Below, one piece after another: positions 39,430 through 48,818 of a DNA stretch of 64,000 nt. How positions within the stretch are numbered: position 1 is the first letter of the stretch; each line of letters opens with the position of its first letter. The stretch comes from Planctomycetota bacterium. GTDB lineage: Bacteria > Planctomycetota > SZUA-567 > H5-PLA8. The translations under genes were made by a program, and so were the position numbers. Below the pieces are notes generated by a model. That model made no database searches. It was not told the origin of the DNA and saw only the letters and a list, made by a program, of their open reading frames with translations. The stretch is from assembly GCA_045863855.1 (NCBI GenBank), contig BTVV01000017.1:15278-79277 (forward strand), in the 5' to 3' direction.

Positions 39430-40425
39430 ATGAATTCAAGTTCAAGCCGGATTCGCGTGCTCTATGTCGTAGAGCGCTTTCCTCAGCTTTCCGAGACCTA
39501 TATTCACGCCGAAATCGCGGCACTAAAGAACGATTACGATATTCGTGTCTTCGCCCTGCAGCCCGCCAACGCTCAGGCGAAAGAGCACTATCCATACACC
39601 CTCAAACAACATCCGGCTCATTTGAGGGAAGTCATTCGAGAGTTCAAGCCCAACGTACTGCATACGCATTACGCTACCTTGATCCCCAATCTGGAGCGCA
39701 TTTCCGCGAATAACCGTGTGCCCTACACGGTTCGCGCGCATTCCTTCGATACCGACGGGTACCGGCCGCCCGATTTGCGAGTCTCGGACTATTGCCTGGG
39801 CGTGCTTTCGTTCCCCTATACGCGTTCCGTGCTGGAGTCCGCCAAGATTCCGAAAGACCGCATCCTCGATTGCTGGCCTGTGATCGATTTCGCGCGCTTT
39901 CACGATACGGCCCCCAACGGAAATGCAATTCTGAACTTGGGCGCGTCACTGCCTAAGAAAAACTTCCAGGACTTTCTGGAATTGGGCGCACTCATGCGCG
40001 GGCGAGAATTCAATCTTTACTCTATTGGATACAATACGCCTCAATTGATCGAGAAAAATCGTGAAATGGGCGCCCCTGTCCGCATATTGCCTCCGGTGGA
40101 GCACAGCCAGATGCCGGGAGTCTATAAGAAGCATCAGTGGCTCGTCTATACCGCGAACAAGAAGCTGGGCAACGTGGGCTGGCCTTTGGCGTTGGCTGAG
40201 GCGATGGCCGCGGGTACTGGCGTTTGTATGCAGAATCTGCGCCCAGACTTAAAGCAGTTTCTGGGAGGCGCCGGATTCTTGTTCGATTCCGTTCAGGAAT
40301 TGCCTCGTATCGTGTCGCAGCCAGTGCCTCATGAAATGCGTGAGCTGGGATTCAAGGTGGCCAAGCGTTCGGACATCAACGTCCACAAGAAGCTGTTGAC
40401 CGACCTATGGGACCGCTGCGCGTAA
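39430..40425 (+). CDS. Glycosyltransferase (GT-B / family 4-like)
   Basis: RFPQLSETYI..EI, LHTHY, PKKN, GWPLALAEAMAAG; lower GC. Confidence 0.75.
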   Translation: MNSSSSRIRVLYVVERFPQLSETYIHAEIAALKNDYDIRVFALQPANAQAKEHYPYTLKQHPAHLREVIREFKPNVLHTHYATLIPNLERISANNRVPYTVRAHSFDTDGYRPPDLRVSDYCLGVLSFPYTRSVLESAKIPKDRILDCWPVIDFARFHDTAPNGNAILNLGASLPKKNFQDFLELGALMRGREFNLYSIGYNTPQLIEKNREMGAPVRILPPVEHSQMPGVYKKHQWLVYTANKKLGNVGWPLALAEAMAAGTGVCMQNLRPDLKQFLGGAGFLFDSVQELPRIVSQPVPHEMRELGFKVAKRSDINVHKKLLTDLWDRCA

Positions 40426-40427
40426 AC

Positions 40428-41585
40428 CTACGCGGGCTGATACGCTTTCAGCGTGTTCGCCGCGATCACCAGACGCTGGATTTCGCTCGTCCCTTCGTAC
40501 AGCCGGCAGATGCGCACGTCACGGTAATGCCGCTCGACGTCGTATTCCTTGATGAAGCCGTATCCGCCGTGCATCTGCAGCGCGCGGTCGCAGGCCCGAA
40601 ACGCCGCTTCGCTGGCAAAGAGCTTGGCCATGCTCGCTTCGGTCGTGTAGCGCCCCGTGCCGGCATCCTTGAGTCGCGCCGCGCGAACCATCAGCAACTC
40701 CGCCGCGTCCAGCTCCGTCGCGCTGTCGGCGATCATCCACTGGATGGCCTGGAGCTTCGCCAGCGGCGCGCCAAATTGCTCGCGCGTACTGACGTGCCTG
40801 CACCCGGCCTCCAAAGCCGCGCGGCCGATGCCCAGCGCTTGCGCCGCGATCCCGATGCGCCCGCCATCGAGTGTCTCCAGCGCGACGCTGAAGCCTTTGC
40901 CGCGCGGACCGAGTATGTTCGACTTGGGCACCTTGCACTTATTGAAGACGATCTCCACCGTAGCGCTCGCGTTGATGCCCAGCTTGTGCTCCTGCTTGCC
41001 CCAAGCGAAGCCCGGAAAGGTCGGCTCCACGATGAAGGCGCTGATGCCGCGGTGCGCTTTGGTTTTGTCTTCGGTTGCGTAGACCACCACCACGCCGGCG
41101 TGATTCCCGTTGGTGACGAAGAGCTTGGTGCCGTTCAGCTCGAAGTGGTCTTCGCGCTCCTGAAAGACCGTATGCAGGTTGGCGGCGTCCGATCCGCTGC
41201 CGGGTTCGGTCAGCGCGTAGGCGCCGAGCTTTTCCCCACCGGCCAGCGGGACGAGGTATTTCTGTTTCTGCTCTTCGGTGCCGTGCTTTAGGATCGGATC
41301 GACGCACAAGCTCGTGTGCGCGCTCAGGATCACCCCGGTGCTCGCGCAGGCGCGGCTGATCTCGTAAATCGCATAAGCATAAGCCGTGGCGGTACAACCG
41401 GCCCCGCCGTAGGCTTCGGGGACGTACACGCCCATCAGGCCCTGCGCGGCCATTTCCTCGACCAGTTCAGCCGGGAAGCGCCCCGTCTCGTCCAGTTCCC
41501 GTGCGAGTGGCTTGACCTTCTTGGCGGCGAATTCGATGGCGGTATCGCGGACGGCTTGTTCCATCTCGTCGAGGGTGAGCTGCAT
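40428..41585 (-). CDS. Short/branched-chain acyl-CoA dehydrogenase
   Basis: ALTEPGSGSDA, LNGTKLFVTNG, KLGINAS, LDGGRIGIAAQALG, REQFG, HGGYGF, YEGTSEIQR. Confidence 0.95.
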   Translation of the reverse strand: MQLTLDEMEQAVRDTAIEFAAKKVKPLARELDETGRFPAELVEEMAAQGLMGVYVPEAYGGAGCTATAYAYAIYEISRACASTGVILSAHTSLCVDPILKHGTEEQKQKYLVPLAGGEKLGAYALTEPGSGSDAANLHTVFQEREDHFELNGTKLFVTNGNHAGVVVVYATEDKTKAHRGISAFIVEPTFPGFAWGKQEHKLGINASATVEIVFNKCKVPKSNILGPRGKGFSVALETLDGGRIGIAAQALGIGRAALEAGCRHVSTREQFGAPLAKLQAIQWMIADSATELDAAELLMVRAARLKDAGTGRYTTEASMAKLFASEAAFRACDRALQMHGGYGFIKEYDVERHYRDVRICRLYEGTSEIQRLVIAANTLKAYQPA

Positions 41586-41618
41586 GGGGAGTCCTTTCGT
41601 AGTGGGACTTAGACGCGT

Positions 41619-41647
41619 AGTATAGACCTCCGGCGCTTTACCTGCAA
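41619..41647 (-). promoter_or_regulatory. Candidate sigma70 promoter for the acyl-CoA dehydrogenase
   Basis: Minus strand TTGCAG-N17-TATACT, about 35 nt upstream of the ATG. Confidence 0.5.
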
Positions 41648-41696
41648 AGGCGCTCAGGCGCGCGGGTTCCGACCCCCGAGAGGCCGGAATTTGGGA

Positions 41697-41724
41697 TTGC
41701 GCAAGTGCGCGAGACGCCTACAAT
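41697..41724 (+). promoter_or_regulatory. Candidate sigma70 promoter for the small basic protein
   Basis: TTGCGC-N16-TACAAT. Confidence 0.45.
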
Positions 41725-41792
41725 ACCCAACCTTTACGCCTCCTGGTCGGAGGCCACGCAGGAAAGTCGCTTCAAGCAAGGGAGTACCGGTC

Positions 41793-42038
41793 ATGTCGAT
41801 CCATCAAAGCCTACGTTCTTCCAGTTCGATGACTAAGCATCGCAACGTGTTGACGCGCCTGGAGCGCCTCGCGCGCTTGGCCGACGAAGAGCGCTGGGAT
41901 GAGAGCAAGTCGGTTTGCGGATTGCCCAAGGTGCGCAGCATCAAGCTAAAGGCCAAGAAGAAAGCGAAGAAGGAAGCGGCGGAAGGCGATGCCGCGGCCG
42001 GAGCTGCCGCCGCGCCGGCTCCGGGCGCCAAGGCTTAA
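41793..42038 (+). CDS. PVC-superphylum small basic protein (TIGR04137-like)
   Basis: MSIHQSLR.....HRNVLTRLERL..L....RW....SV.GLPKVR plus Lys-rich tail; GGAG RBS. Confidence 0.9.
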   Translation: MSIHQSLRSSSSMTKHRNVLTRLERLARLADEERWDESKSVCGLPKVRSIKLKAKKKAKKEAAEGDAAAGAAAAPAPGAKA

Positions 42039-42067
42039 GCGCTACGGTTGGTTTATCCAGCATTACG

Positions 42068-42099
42068 AACCGGCTCCCCCATGGGGGCCGGTTTTTTTT
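42068..42099 (+). terminator. Rho-independent terminator
   Basis: AACCGGCTCC-loop-GGGGCCGGTT with an 8-T run. Confidence 0.85.
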
Positions 42100-42703
42100 A
42101 TGGCGCGGCTTTGGCGGCTTCTTCGGCTTCCAGGTCGCTGCGGTGTTCGTTCCACCAAGCCTGCCATTGCTGAGCCAGGTCGGCGGCGTTTTCGGCGTCC
42201 TTGAACTCATGCCCGCTCAGCTCACTCAGCGCTTTGTGCAGGCGATATGCCCAGGCCAATTCGGGCTTGGGTTTTTCGGCCTCGCGGGTTAGCGCCGTGG
42301 TTAAGGCGCGTATGGCCGGCCCGCGCAGTTTCGATTTGCTCAACGCCGCCGCGGCTTCCTGCCTCACCTCAAGCACTTGATCGTACAGCGGTCCCATCAA
42401 GGGTTTGACGAAGTAGCCGCTCGGATCGTCGGTTTCGGCGATGACGCGGCAGGCGTTGCGGCGAACGCCTGGATCGGTGAATCCCAGCAACCCTGTCAGC
42501 GCGGCATAGGCCTCTTTGCTTTTCAGGCCCCGCAGCATGTAGACCGCGTCGGCTTTCAATTCGGGCTTATCGGCTTTGGAGATGGTCTGCCAGAAGGCCT
42601 GGACTTGCGCTTTATCGTCGAGCGGTGGGGCGTTCTCTCCCGCGCGCACGCCCATGGCGGTCAGCAGGCAAACGGCGATTACCTCAAGAATCGGCGAACG
42701 CAT
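42098..42703 (-). CDS. Secreted HEAT-repeat protein
   Basis: Signal peptide; DPGVRRNAC, DQVLEVRQEAAAALS; LSELSG..F.....WQAWW. Confidence 0.75.
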   Translation of the reverse strand: MRSPILEVIAVCLLTAMGVRAGENAPPLDDKAQVQAFWQTISKADKPELKADAVYMLRGLKSKEAYAALTGLLGFTDPGVRRNACRVIAETDDPSGYFVKPLMGPLYDQVLEVRQEAAAALSKSKLRGPAIRALTTALTREAEKPKPELAWAYRLHKALSELSGHEFKDAENAADLAQQWQAWWNEHRSDLEAEEAAKAAP

Positions 42704-42757
42704 GGCAGCCCCTCCCTACCTGGCGCTCACAGTATACCCCATGCACCGCCCAATGAA

Positions 42758-44071
42758 TCAGGCGCGGGCGGCGGCTTGCAGTTCGGCGTAGATCGGAAAG
42801 GCGTCGGCCAGTTCCTGGGTCTCGGCGCGGAGACGCTCGTGCACGGCGGCGTCTTTCGGCGCGGCCAAAGCGGTCTGAATGATCCCCGCGATACGGCGGA
42901 ATTCGGCTTCCTTCATGCCGCGCGTCGTAAGGGCGGGGGAGCCCATGCGTACCCCGCTGGTCTGCAGCGGCGGGCGCGGATCGTTAGGTACCAAGTTTGC
43001 GTTAACGGTGATCCCGATCTTGTCGAGCAAGTCGCTGGCCTGCTTTCCGTTTAGCTTGTGCTGGCGCAGGTCGAGCAGAATCAAGTGGTTGTCGGTGCCG
43101 CCGCTGACCACATGGAGGTCTTTGGCCATCAGCGCTTCGGCAAGCGCTTGGGCGTTCTTGATGATCTGCGCCCCGTAAGCCTTGAAATCCGGCTGCAAGG
43201 CCTCGCGGAAGGCCACGGCCTTCGCGGCAATCACGTGCATCAGCGGGCCGCCCTGCACGCCGGGGATGACCATGCTGTCGAGGAGTTCGGACATCATCAG
43301 CGTCCGGCCGCTCTTGGCCGCCGTGCGCCCAAAGGGATTCTCGAAATCCTTGCCCATCAGGATCAGGCCACCGCGCGGTCCGCGCAGCGTCTTGTGCGTG
43401 GTGGTCGTAACCACATGCGCGTGCGGCACGGGGCTGGGCAGCAGGCCGGCGGCGATCAGACCCGCCGGATGCGCGATGTCGGCGAAGAGGAACGCGCCGG
43501 CACGATCGGCGATCTCGCGGAACTTCGCGTAATCGATCGCGCGCGGGTAGGCGCTGGCCCCGACGGTGATCATCTTCGGCTTGTGCTCTTGGGCGAGCGC
43601 GTTCACCTTGTCGTAATCGATCCGCTCGGTTTTCTCGTCGACGCCGTAGGCGACGAACTTGTAGAGCATCCCCGAGAAGTTTTTGGGGCTCCCGTGCGTC
43701 AGATGCCCGCCGTGGGAGAGGTCCATCCCCATCACGGTGTCGCCGGGCTTGAGGAAGGTGAAGTAGACGGCGGTATTGGCCTGCGTCCCGCTGTGCGGCT
43801 GGACATTGGCGTAGACGGCGCCGAAGAGCTTCTTGGCGCGGTCGAGCGCGATGTTCTCGGCCACGTCCACGCATTCGCAGCCGTTGTAGTAGCGCTTGCC
43901 GGGATAGCCTTCGGCGTATTTGTTGGTCAGCACCGAACCCACGGCTTCCATCACCGCCAGCGACGTGTAGTTCTCGCTCGCGATCATTTCAAGCTGGCGC
44001 TGCTGGCGGGTCAGTTCGGACGCGACGGCGGCGTACAGTTCGGGGTCGGCTTGGCGGAGCAGGTCGGTCAT
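42758..44071 (-). CDS. glyA: Serine hydroxymethyltransferase
   Basis: [60 protein letters not shown]. Confidence 0.97.
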   Translation of the reverse strand: MTDLLRQADPELYAAVASELTRQQRQLEMIASENYTSLAVMEAVGSVLTNKYAEGYPGKRYYNGCECVDVAENIALDRAKKLFGAVYANVQPHSGTQANTAVYFTFLKPGDTVMGMDLSHGGHLTHGSPKNFSGMLYKFVAYGVDEKTERIDYDKVNALAQEHKPKMITVGASAYPRAIDYAKFREIADRAGAFLFADIAHPAGLIAAGLLPSPVPHAHVVTTTTHKTLRGPRGGLILMGKDFENPFGRTAAKSGRTLMMSELLDSMVIPGVQGGPLMHVIAAKAVAFREALQPDFKAYGAQIIKNAQALAEALMAKDLHVVSGGTDNHLILLDLRQHKLNGKQASDLLDKIGITVNANLVPNDPRPPLQTSGVRMGSPALTTRGMKEAEFRRIAGIIQTALAAPKDAAVHERLRAETQELADAFPIYAELQAAARA

Positions 44072-44313
44072 CGGCGGAACCTCGCTGGGCGTATCGTTGG
44101 AAGCCGGCGGCGTTTCGCCGGAACCTTTCTTTTCGGCGTTTTCACAGCGCGCGTCAATCCACTGACCCAAGTGCAATTAAGTGCACGAGGTGTTTAGCGC
44201 TGCGAAGGCGCATGAATCTCAGTTCGCTTGTGCATTGTACCCGTCCGCCGCTCGCGCTACCGTGTACCTCCCGTTGATTAAAGGCAACTTCCTGTTGAGA
44301 GCGAGGGCATGCC

Positions 44314-45093
44314 ATGGGTATCGAGTGCATCGAACTGACCTGCGGAAGCACCCGAGTGGAAGCGGTTCCTTCGCGCGGAGCCATCGTCGTCGGCCTGCGT
44401 GTGGGCGGCAAAGAGGTGCTCTACCTCGACCGCGCGACGCTGGAAGATCCGGCGAAGAACGTACGCGGCGGGATCCCGACCTTATTTCCGTACGCGGGCA
44501 AGCTGGAGAACGAGAATTTCCTGCCTGCCGGAACGAAGATGAAGCAGCACGGCTTCGGACGCAACAAGCCGTGGCCGGCCAGCGAACGGACGGCTTCCCG
44601 CCTGCGCATGCGTCTGGAAGCCGATGCCGAGACGCGCGCGATGTACCCGTACCAGTTTGAAGCCGAGCAGACCGTCTGGGCACTGCCCGCCGGCTTGCAT
44701 CTGGAAATGCGCGTCGAGAACCTCGGCGATGTCCCATTGCCGGTCTCGCCCGGCTGGCATCCGTACTTCTGCTGTCCCGCGGACCAGAAGCCGAACGTAA
44801 AGGCCGACGTGGCGGGAATCACGGGCGACAAGCTGGGCAACGAGATCGAATTCGATTTCGGCGTCCCCGCTCCGGTAGCCGGCCGCACGAACTTTCAGGT
44901 TCCCGAACTGGGCGGCCTCTCGATCAGCTTCGAGCCGCGCATGCGGCACATGCAGGTCTGGTCCCAGCCGGGCAAGCCGTTCATCTGCCTGGAGCCGTTC
45001 TGGGGGCCGAACAATACCGTGAACACGCCGCGCCGGGACGAGGTGCCACCCGGCGCTGCGCGCGTGTACTGGATGCGCATCGAATTGGAATAA
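44314..45093 (+). CDS. Aldose 1-epimerase / galactose mutarotase-like protein
   Basis: RGGIPTLFP, QHGFGR, GWHPYF, FICLEP. Confidence 0.9.
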   Translation: MGIECIELTCGSTRVEAVPSRGAIVVGLRVGGKEVLYLDRATLEDPAKNVRGGIPTLFPYAGKLENENFLPAGTKMKQHGFGRNKPWPASERTASRLRMRLEADAETRAMYPYQFEAEQTVWALPAGLHLEMRVENLGDVPLPVSPGWHPYFCCPADQKPNVKADVAGITGDKLGNEIEFDFGVPAPVAGRTNFQVPELGGLSISFEPRMRHMQVWSQPGKPFICLEPFWGPNNTVNTPRRDEVPPGAARVYWMRIELE

Positions 45094-45100
45094 AGCGCAC

Positions 45101-45304
45101 TCAGCCCCAAATCTGGGCATTCGGCGAGCGCTGGGGCGGTGTGGTGCCCCAGATCGCCTGGTTGGGCGGTTTGTCGTAAGGCGCCTGCCGCCCAGCGCTC
45201 AATAGCCATGTGCCGAATGCCGCGATCATGGCGGCGCAGAGCATCCCGCCAAACCAGAGCAGCAACATGAATAAGGCGCCGATGAGCGGGAACGTGGTTT
45301 CCAT
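45101..45304 (-). CDS. Small membrane protein
   Basis: AGGAG RBS; METTFPLIGALFMLLLWFGG... hydrophobic. Confidence 0.5.
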   Translation of the reverse strand: METTFPLIGALFMLLLWFGGMLCAAMIAAFGTWLLSAGRQAPYDKPPNQAIWGTTPPQRSPNAQIWG

Positions 45305-45461
45305 ACGGGACTCCTTTCGCTTCACGCGCAAACGAGTGCACGCGGCGACGGTCCCTCCTCCAAGAAGAAGACGCTCGAAAAGCAGAACGCTTGAATCCGA
45401 GTGAGCGATTGCGGCCGGTGGCTTGATTAGCTATTCGACAACGGCATTTCAAAAGGGAACG

Positions 45462-46331
45462 CTATTCCGGCTTGAAGCGTGCGCCGATCACGATGGGCGG
45501 TTCGGCCTTGGTGTGGATGTTGCGCAGTTCCAGAAGCAGGTCTTCCGGGGTCTCGAAACGGTCTTCGGGCTTTTTGTTGAGCATGCGCATCAAGAGCTTG
45601 GCGAATTCGGGCGAGAGGTTCTTGTTGCGCTTATTGGGCGGAAATAACGGGGCGTGGATGTGCATGTCCAGCACCGCGTCCTCGTTCTCGTCCTGGAAGG
45701 GCGGGGCGCCCGTGGCGCAGTGGTAGATGGTCGCGCCAAGGCTGTACAGGTCGGAGCGCGTATCGATTTCGACGCCGGGCACGGCGGCGCACTGTTCGGG
45801 CGACATGTAATACGCGGTGCCGGCGGCGACGCCTTCCCAGTCGATGATGCCGTCGCGCTGGCGCGCGAAGCCCAAGTCCACCAGTTTGCAGTTCCCGCCG
45901 CTTTCCACCAGGATGTTGTCGGGCTTGATGTCCTGGTGCACGACATCCTTGCGCCGCAGTTCGCGCAGAGCCTGGGCCATCTGGCGCAGAATCCAGATGC
46001 ACTGGCTTTCCTTCAAAGGGCCGTGCTCGAGCAGTTCTTGAAGCGATTGCCCGACCACCATTTCGAACGCGATGTACGGCCGGCCGCTGCGCACTCCGAC
46101 ATCGAGCGTTTTCACCACGTTAGGGTGATCGATCTGCATCCCCGCCTTGGCTTCTTCCTGAAACATGGTCAGGACGTCTTCGTTGTCGATGAAGCGGGAA
46201 GAAAGGAACTTCAGCGCGACGGGCGTATTGTTCTGCGTATCGAAAGCATGCCAGACGGTGCCCGTGGCGCCGCGGCCCAGACGCTTCTTCAGCGCATACT
46301 GCCCGAAGAGTGTGTTTTCCGCTCCGCTCAT
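45462..46331 (-). CDS. Hanks-type Ser/Thr protein kinase (kinase domain only, non-RD)
   Basis: LGRGATGTV, VALK, E in alphaC, HQDIKPDN, DLG, GTAYYMSPE, DLYSLG. Confidence 0.92.
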   Translation of the reverse strand: MSGAENTLFGQYALKKRLGRGATGTVWHAFDTQNNTPVALKFLSSRFIDNEDVLTMFQEEAKAGMQIDHPNVVKTLDVGVRSGRPYIAFEMVVGQSLQELLEHGPLKESQCIWILRQMAQALRELRRKDVVHQDIKPDNILVESGGNCKLVDLGFARQRDGIIDWEGVAAGTAYYMSPEQCAAVPGVEIDTRSDLYSLGATIYHCATGAPPFQDENEDAVLDMHIHAPLFPPNKRNKNLSPEFAKLLMRMLNKKPEDRFETPEDLLLELRNIHTKAEPPIVIGARFKPE

Positions 46332-46405
46332 GCCACCCGGTCTTCCGCTACGCCCGATGCCAGGGAGGTTAGTCGCTCCCGGCGCTCACGCAATTCGTAA
46401 AGCCG

Positions 46406-47558
46406 TTACGTCCCGCCCGCCGTCCCCACGGCGCTCTTCTTGGGGCGCTGACTCAGCCGCCAGCGCAGGAAAGCCTCGATGAACGGATCCAACTCGCCGT
46501 CCAGCACGCCCTGCGCGTTGGTTTCCTTCAATTCCGTGCGGTGGTCGTTAACCATCGTGTACGGCTGCAAGACGTAGCTGCGAATCTGGCTGCCGAACCC
46601 AATGCGTCCTTTGTCCGCATGTGCCTGCAAGTTCTCGGCATCCTGCTTGTCCTGTTCGATCTGCTTTAGCTTGGACTTCAGGATCTGCAAGCCCAGCACA
46701 CGGTTGCGCTGCTGGCTGCGTTCGATCTGGCAGCGCACCGAGATGCCCGTCGGCAGGTGCTTGATCTGCACGCAACTCTCGACCTTGTTCACGTTCTGGC
46801 CGCCGGCGCCGCCCGAGCGGCTGGTCTTGATCTCCAGGTCCTTGTCGGGGATCACCATGTCCTTGTCGTCGTCTTCGATTTCCGGCCATACATCGGCACT
46901 CGCGAAACTCGTCTGGCGCTTGCCTTGCGCGTTAAACGGGCTGATACGGACGAGACGATGCACGCCCGCTTCGCACTGCAACAGTCCGTACGCCATTTCG
47001 CCTTCGATGCGCAGCGTCGCTGACTTGATCCCGGCTTCTTCGTTGTCGAGGCGGTCGACCAGCGTGGTCTTGAAGCCTTTTCGTTCGGCCCAACGCATGT
47101 ACATGCGCAGTAGCATCGAAGCCCAATCGCACGCTTCGGTCCCGCCTTCGCCGGCCTGAAGCGCCAAGTACGCCGTGCAGCGGTCGTGCGGTCCCTGAAG
47201 CTGCGATTGCAGTTCGAAGCGATCCACCTGCGGGGTGAGCTTCTCGAATTCGGCCTCGACCTGCTGGGCCGTGGTCTCGTCCGCTTCGGCTTCGGACAGT
47301 TCCACCAGTTCGAGCAGATCCTTGACCTGCTGTTCGATGGCCGGGAGCGGTCCGACCAGGGTTTTCAGGCCCTTCATTTCATTGACCAGCTTCTGCGCTT
47401 TTTCAGGTTGGTTCCAGAAATCGGCGCCTTCCATCAGGTGCTCGATCTCTTTCAGGCGGGCTAGGCGATGAGGTATGTCAAAGCGAGTCCCGGAGCTGCA
47501 GCAGGCGCTCACTCAGGTCCGTGATCCGGGTCCGCAAATCCGTAAAGTTGTACGCCAT
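46406..47558 (-). CDS. prfB: Peptide chain release factor 2, translated through a +1 programmed frameshift
   Basis: ATG 47558 reads [26 protein letters not shown] then CTT TGA C; the +1 frame continues DIPHRL...; SPF and GGQ motifs. Confidence 0.96.
47477..47492 (-). other. prfB +1 frameshift site
   Basis: CGGGAC TCG CTT TGA C at codons 23-27. Confidence 0.93.
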
Positions 47559-47712
47559 GGTTGCTTTCCTCCTGCGCGAATCGCTCCTCAACGCATGCTC
47601 ATTGTACGAATAGATGCGCCGCGCACAAGGGTCGTGAAGACCAATTTGAAGCTATGAGATCTCGATTGCGCTTTACCTGCCGACTGATGCGTACTCTTGC
47701 GTAGGGCCACGG

Positions 47713-48408
47713 TCAGCCGTGCATTCCACGCAGGCCTGCGATTAACGGAATCAACTCTTTGAGCGCGCGAACGGTGTGGTCGCCTTCGGGCACGAAGCGT
47801 TCGTGGTAGTGCTGGTCGGGGCCGTTATCGACCCAGACCGTGCGCATGCCTTGGCGCCTTGCGCCGGGAAGTTCTTCGCTGTTGCCGTCGCCGACATAGA
47901 GGGCCTGGGAGCCCGGGACGCCCAGTCCGTCCAAGGCGTGTGCATACATGCGCGGATCGGGCTTCCGGGTGCGCAAAAGCGCCGATGAGGCTTTGACCGG
48001 CAGGTAGCGTCCCAAGGGGGTGCCGTCGAGCAGTTCGGTGGTGCCGCTGCTGCAATCGGTGACCAAGGCGAGTTTGAATCCCGCCGAGGCGAGCGCCTCC
48101 AGCGTCTCGAGCGCGTCGGGCTTGGGTTCCACGGCCTGGCGCATGAACGCGATACGCAGTTCGTAAGCACGCCGGTACTGTTCGGGTTGGGCGCGTACGC
48201 CCAGCGTATGCAAGACCGGATCGAACGCGCGCTCGCCATCGGGCGAGTCGCCGACCATGCGCGCCTGATGCAGCTTGTTCCACTCGGCGTAAAACGCGTG
48301 GGGCTCCGCTCCAAATACAGCGGCGATTTCCGCGAAGCAGCCGGCCCAGTGGTCGGGCGGTCGGTTCGGCACGAGTGTTCCAAAAAGATCGAAAAGGATC
48401 GCTTGCAT
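47713..48408 (-). CDS. HAD-superfamily hydrolase
   Basis: ILFDLFGTLV, LVTD, KPDPRMY, YVGDGNSEELPGA. Confidence 0.88.
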   Translation of the reverse strand: MQAILFDLFGTLVPNRPPDHWAGCFAEIAAVFGAEPHAFYAEWNKLHQARMVGDSPDGERAFDPVLHTLGVRAQPEQYRRAYELRIAFMRQAVEPKPDALETLEALASAGFKLALVTDCSSGTTELLDGTPLGRYLPVKASSALLRTRKPDPRMYAHALDGLGVPGSQALYVGDGNSEELPGARRQGMRTVWVDNGPDQHYHERFVPEGDHTVRALKELIPLIAGLRGMHG

Positions 48409-48412
48409 GGCT

Positions 48413-48667
48413 TCAGCTATCGGCCTCTTGCTCGTCCTGCTTGAGCAGGTGGATTCGTTCTTCGACCTCGGCACCGGAGGGCATCTGAGCCGTACGCGCC
48501 GGAACGAAGACGCGTTGCCCGTGCTTGATCACGATTTTACCGTTGGCCTGAAGCGCGGGGAGATCGGAACAATCGAACATGCGCCCGCAATTGGGGCAGA
48601 TCGCTTTGCAGTGATGCTCGTCGAGCACCGAACCGCAGACTTCGCAGAGGAAGATCAGTTCCGTCAT
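48413..48667 (-). CDS. Small zinc-finger protein
   Basis: CEVCG...HCKAICPNCG..FDCSD; AGGAG upstream. Confidence 0.7.
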   Translation of the reverse strand: MTELIFLCEVCGSVLDEHHCKAICPNCGRMFDCSDLPALQANGKIVIKHGQRVFVPARTAQMPSGAEVEERIHLLKQDEQEADS

Positions 48668-48818
48668 ACGTTCACAACTCCTGCACGTCATGTTATTCGC
48701 CCGACTCCGAAATTAAAGCTTACGTCCATTGCGAAAGGCTGGATCAAGCGTCCTGAATAGCCGTCCTATACAGCGAGAATGCTTTCTGTGCACTAAGTGA
48801 TTCGCGGAGAAATTATCC

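Noticed and set aside
44072..44313. Possible ZMP/ZTP (pfl) riboswitch upstream of glyA
   Set aside because: The GACUGGCG...CGCCUGGG consensus is not found
46406..47558. prfB as a frameshifted pseudogene or sequencing error
   Set aside because: The break is the canonical CTT TGA C programmed frameshift at the expected codon
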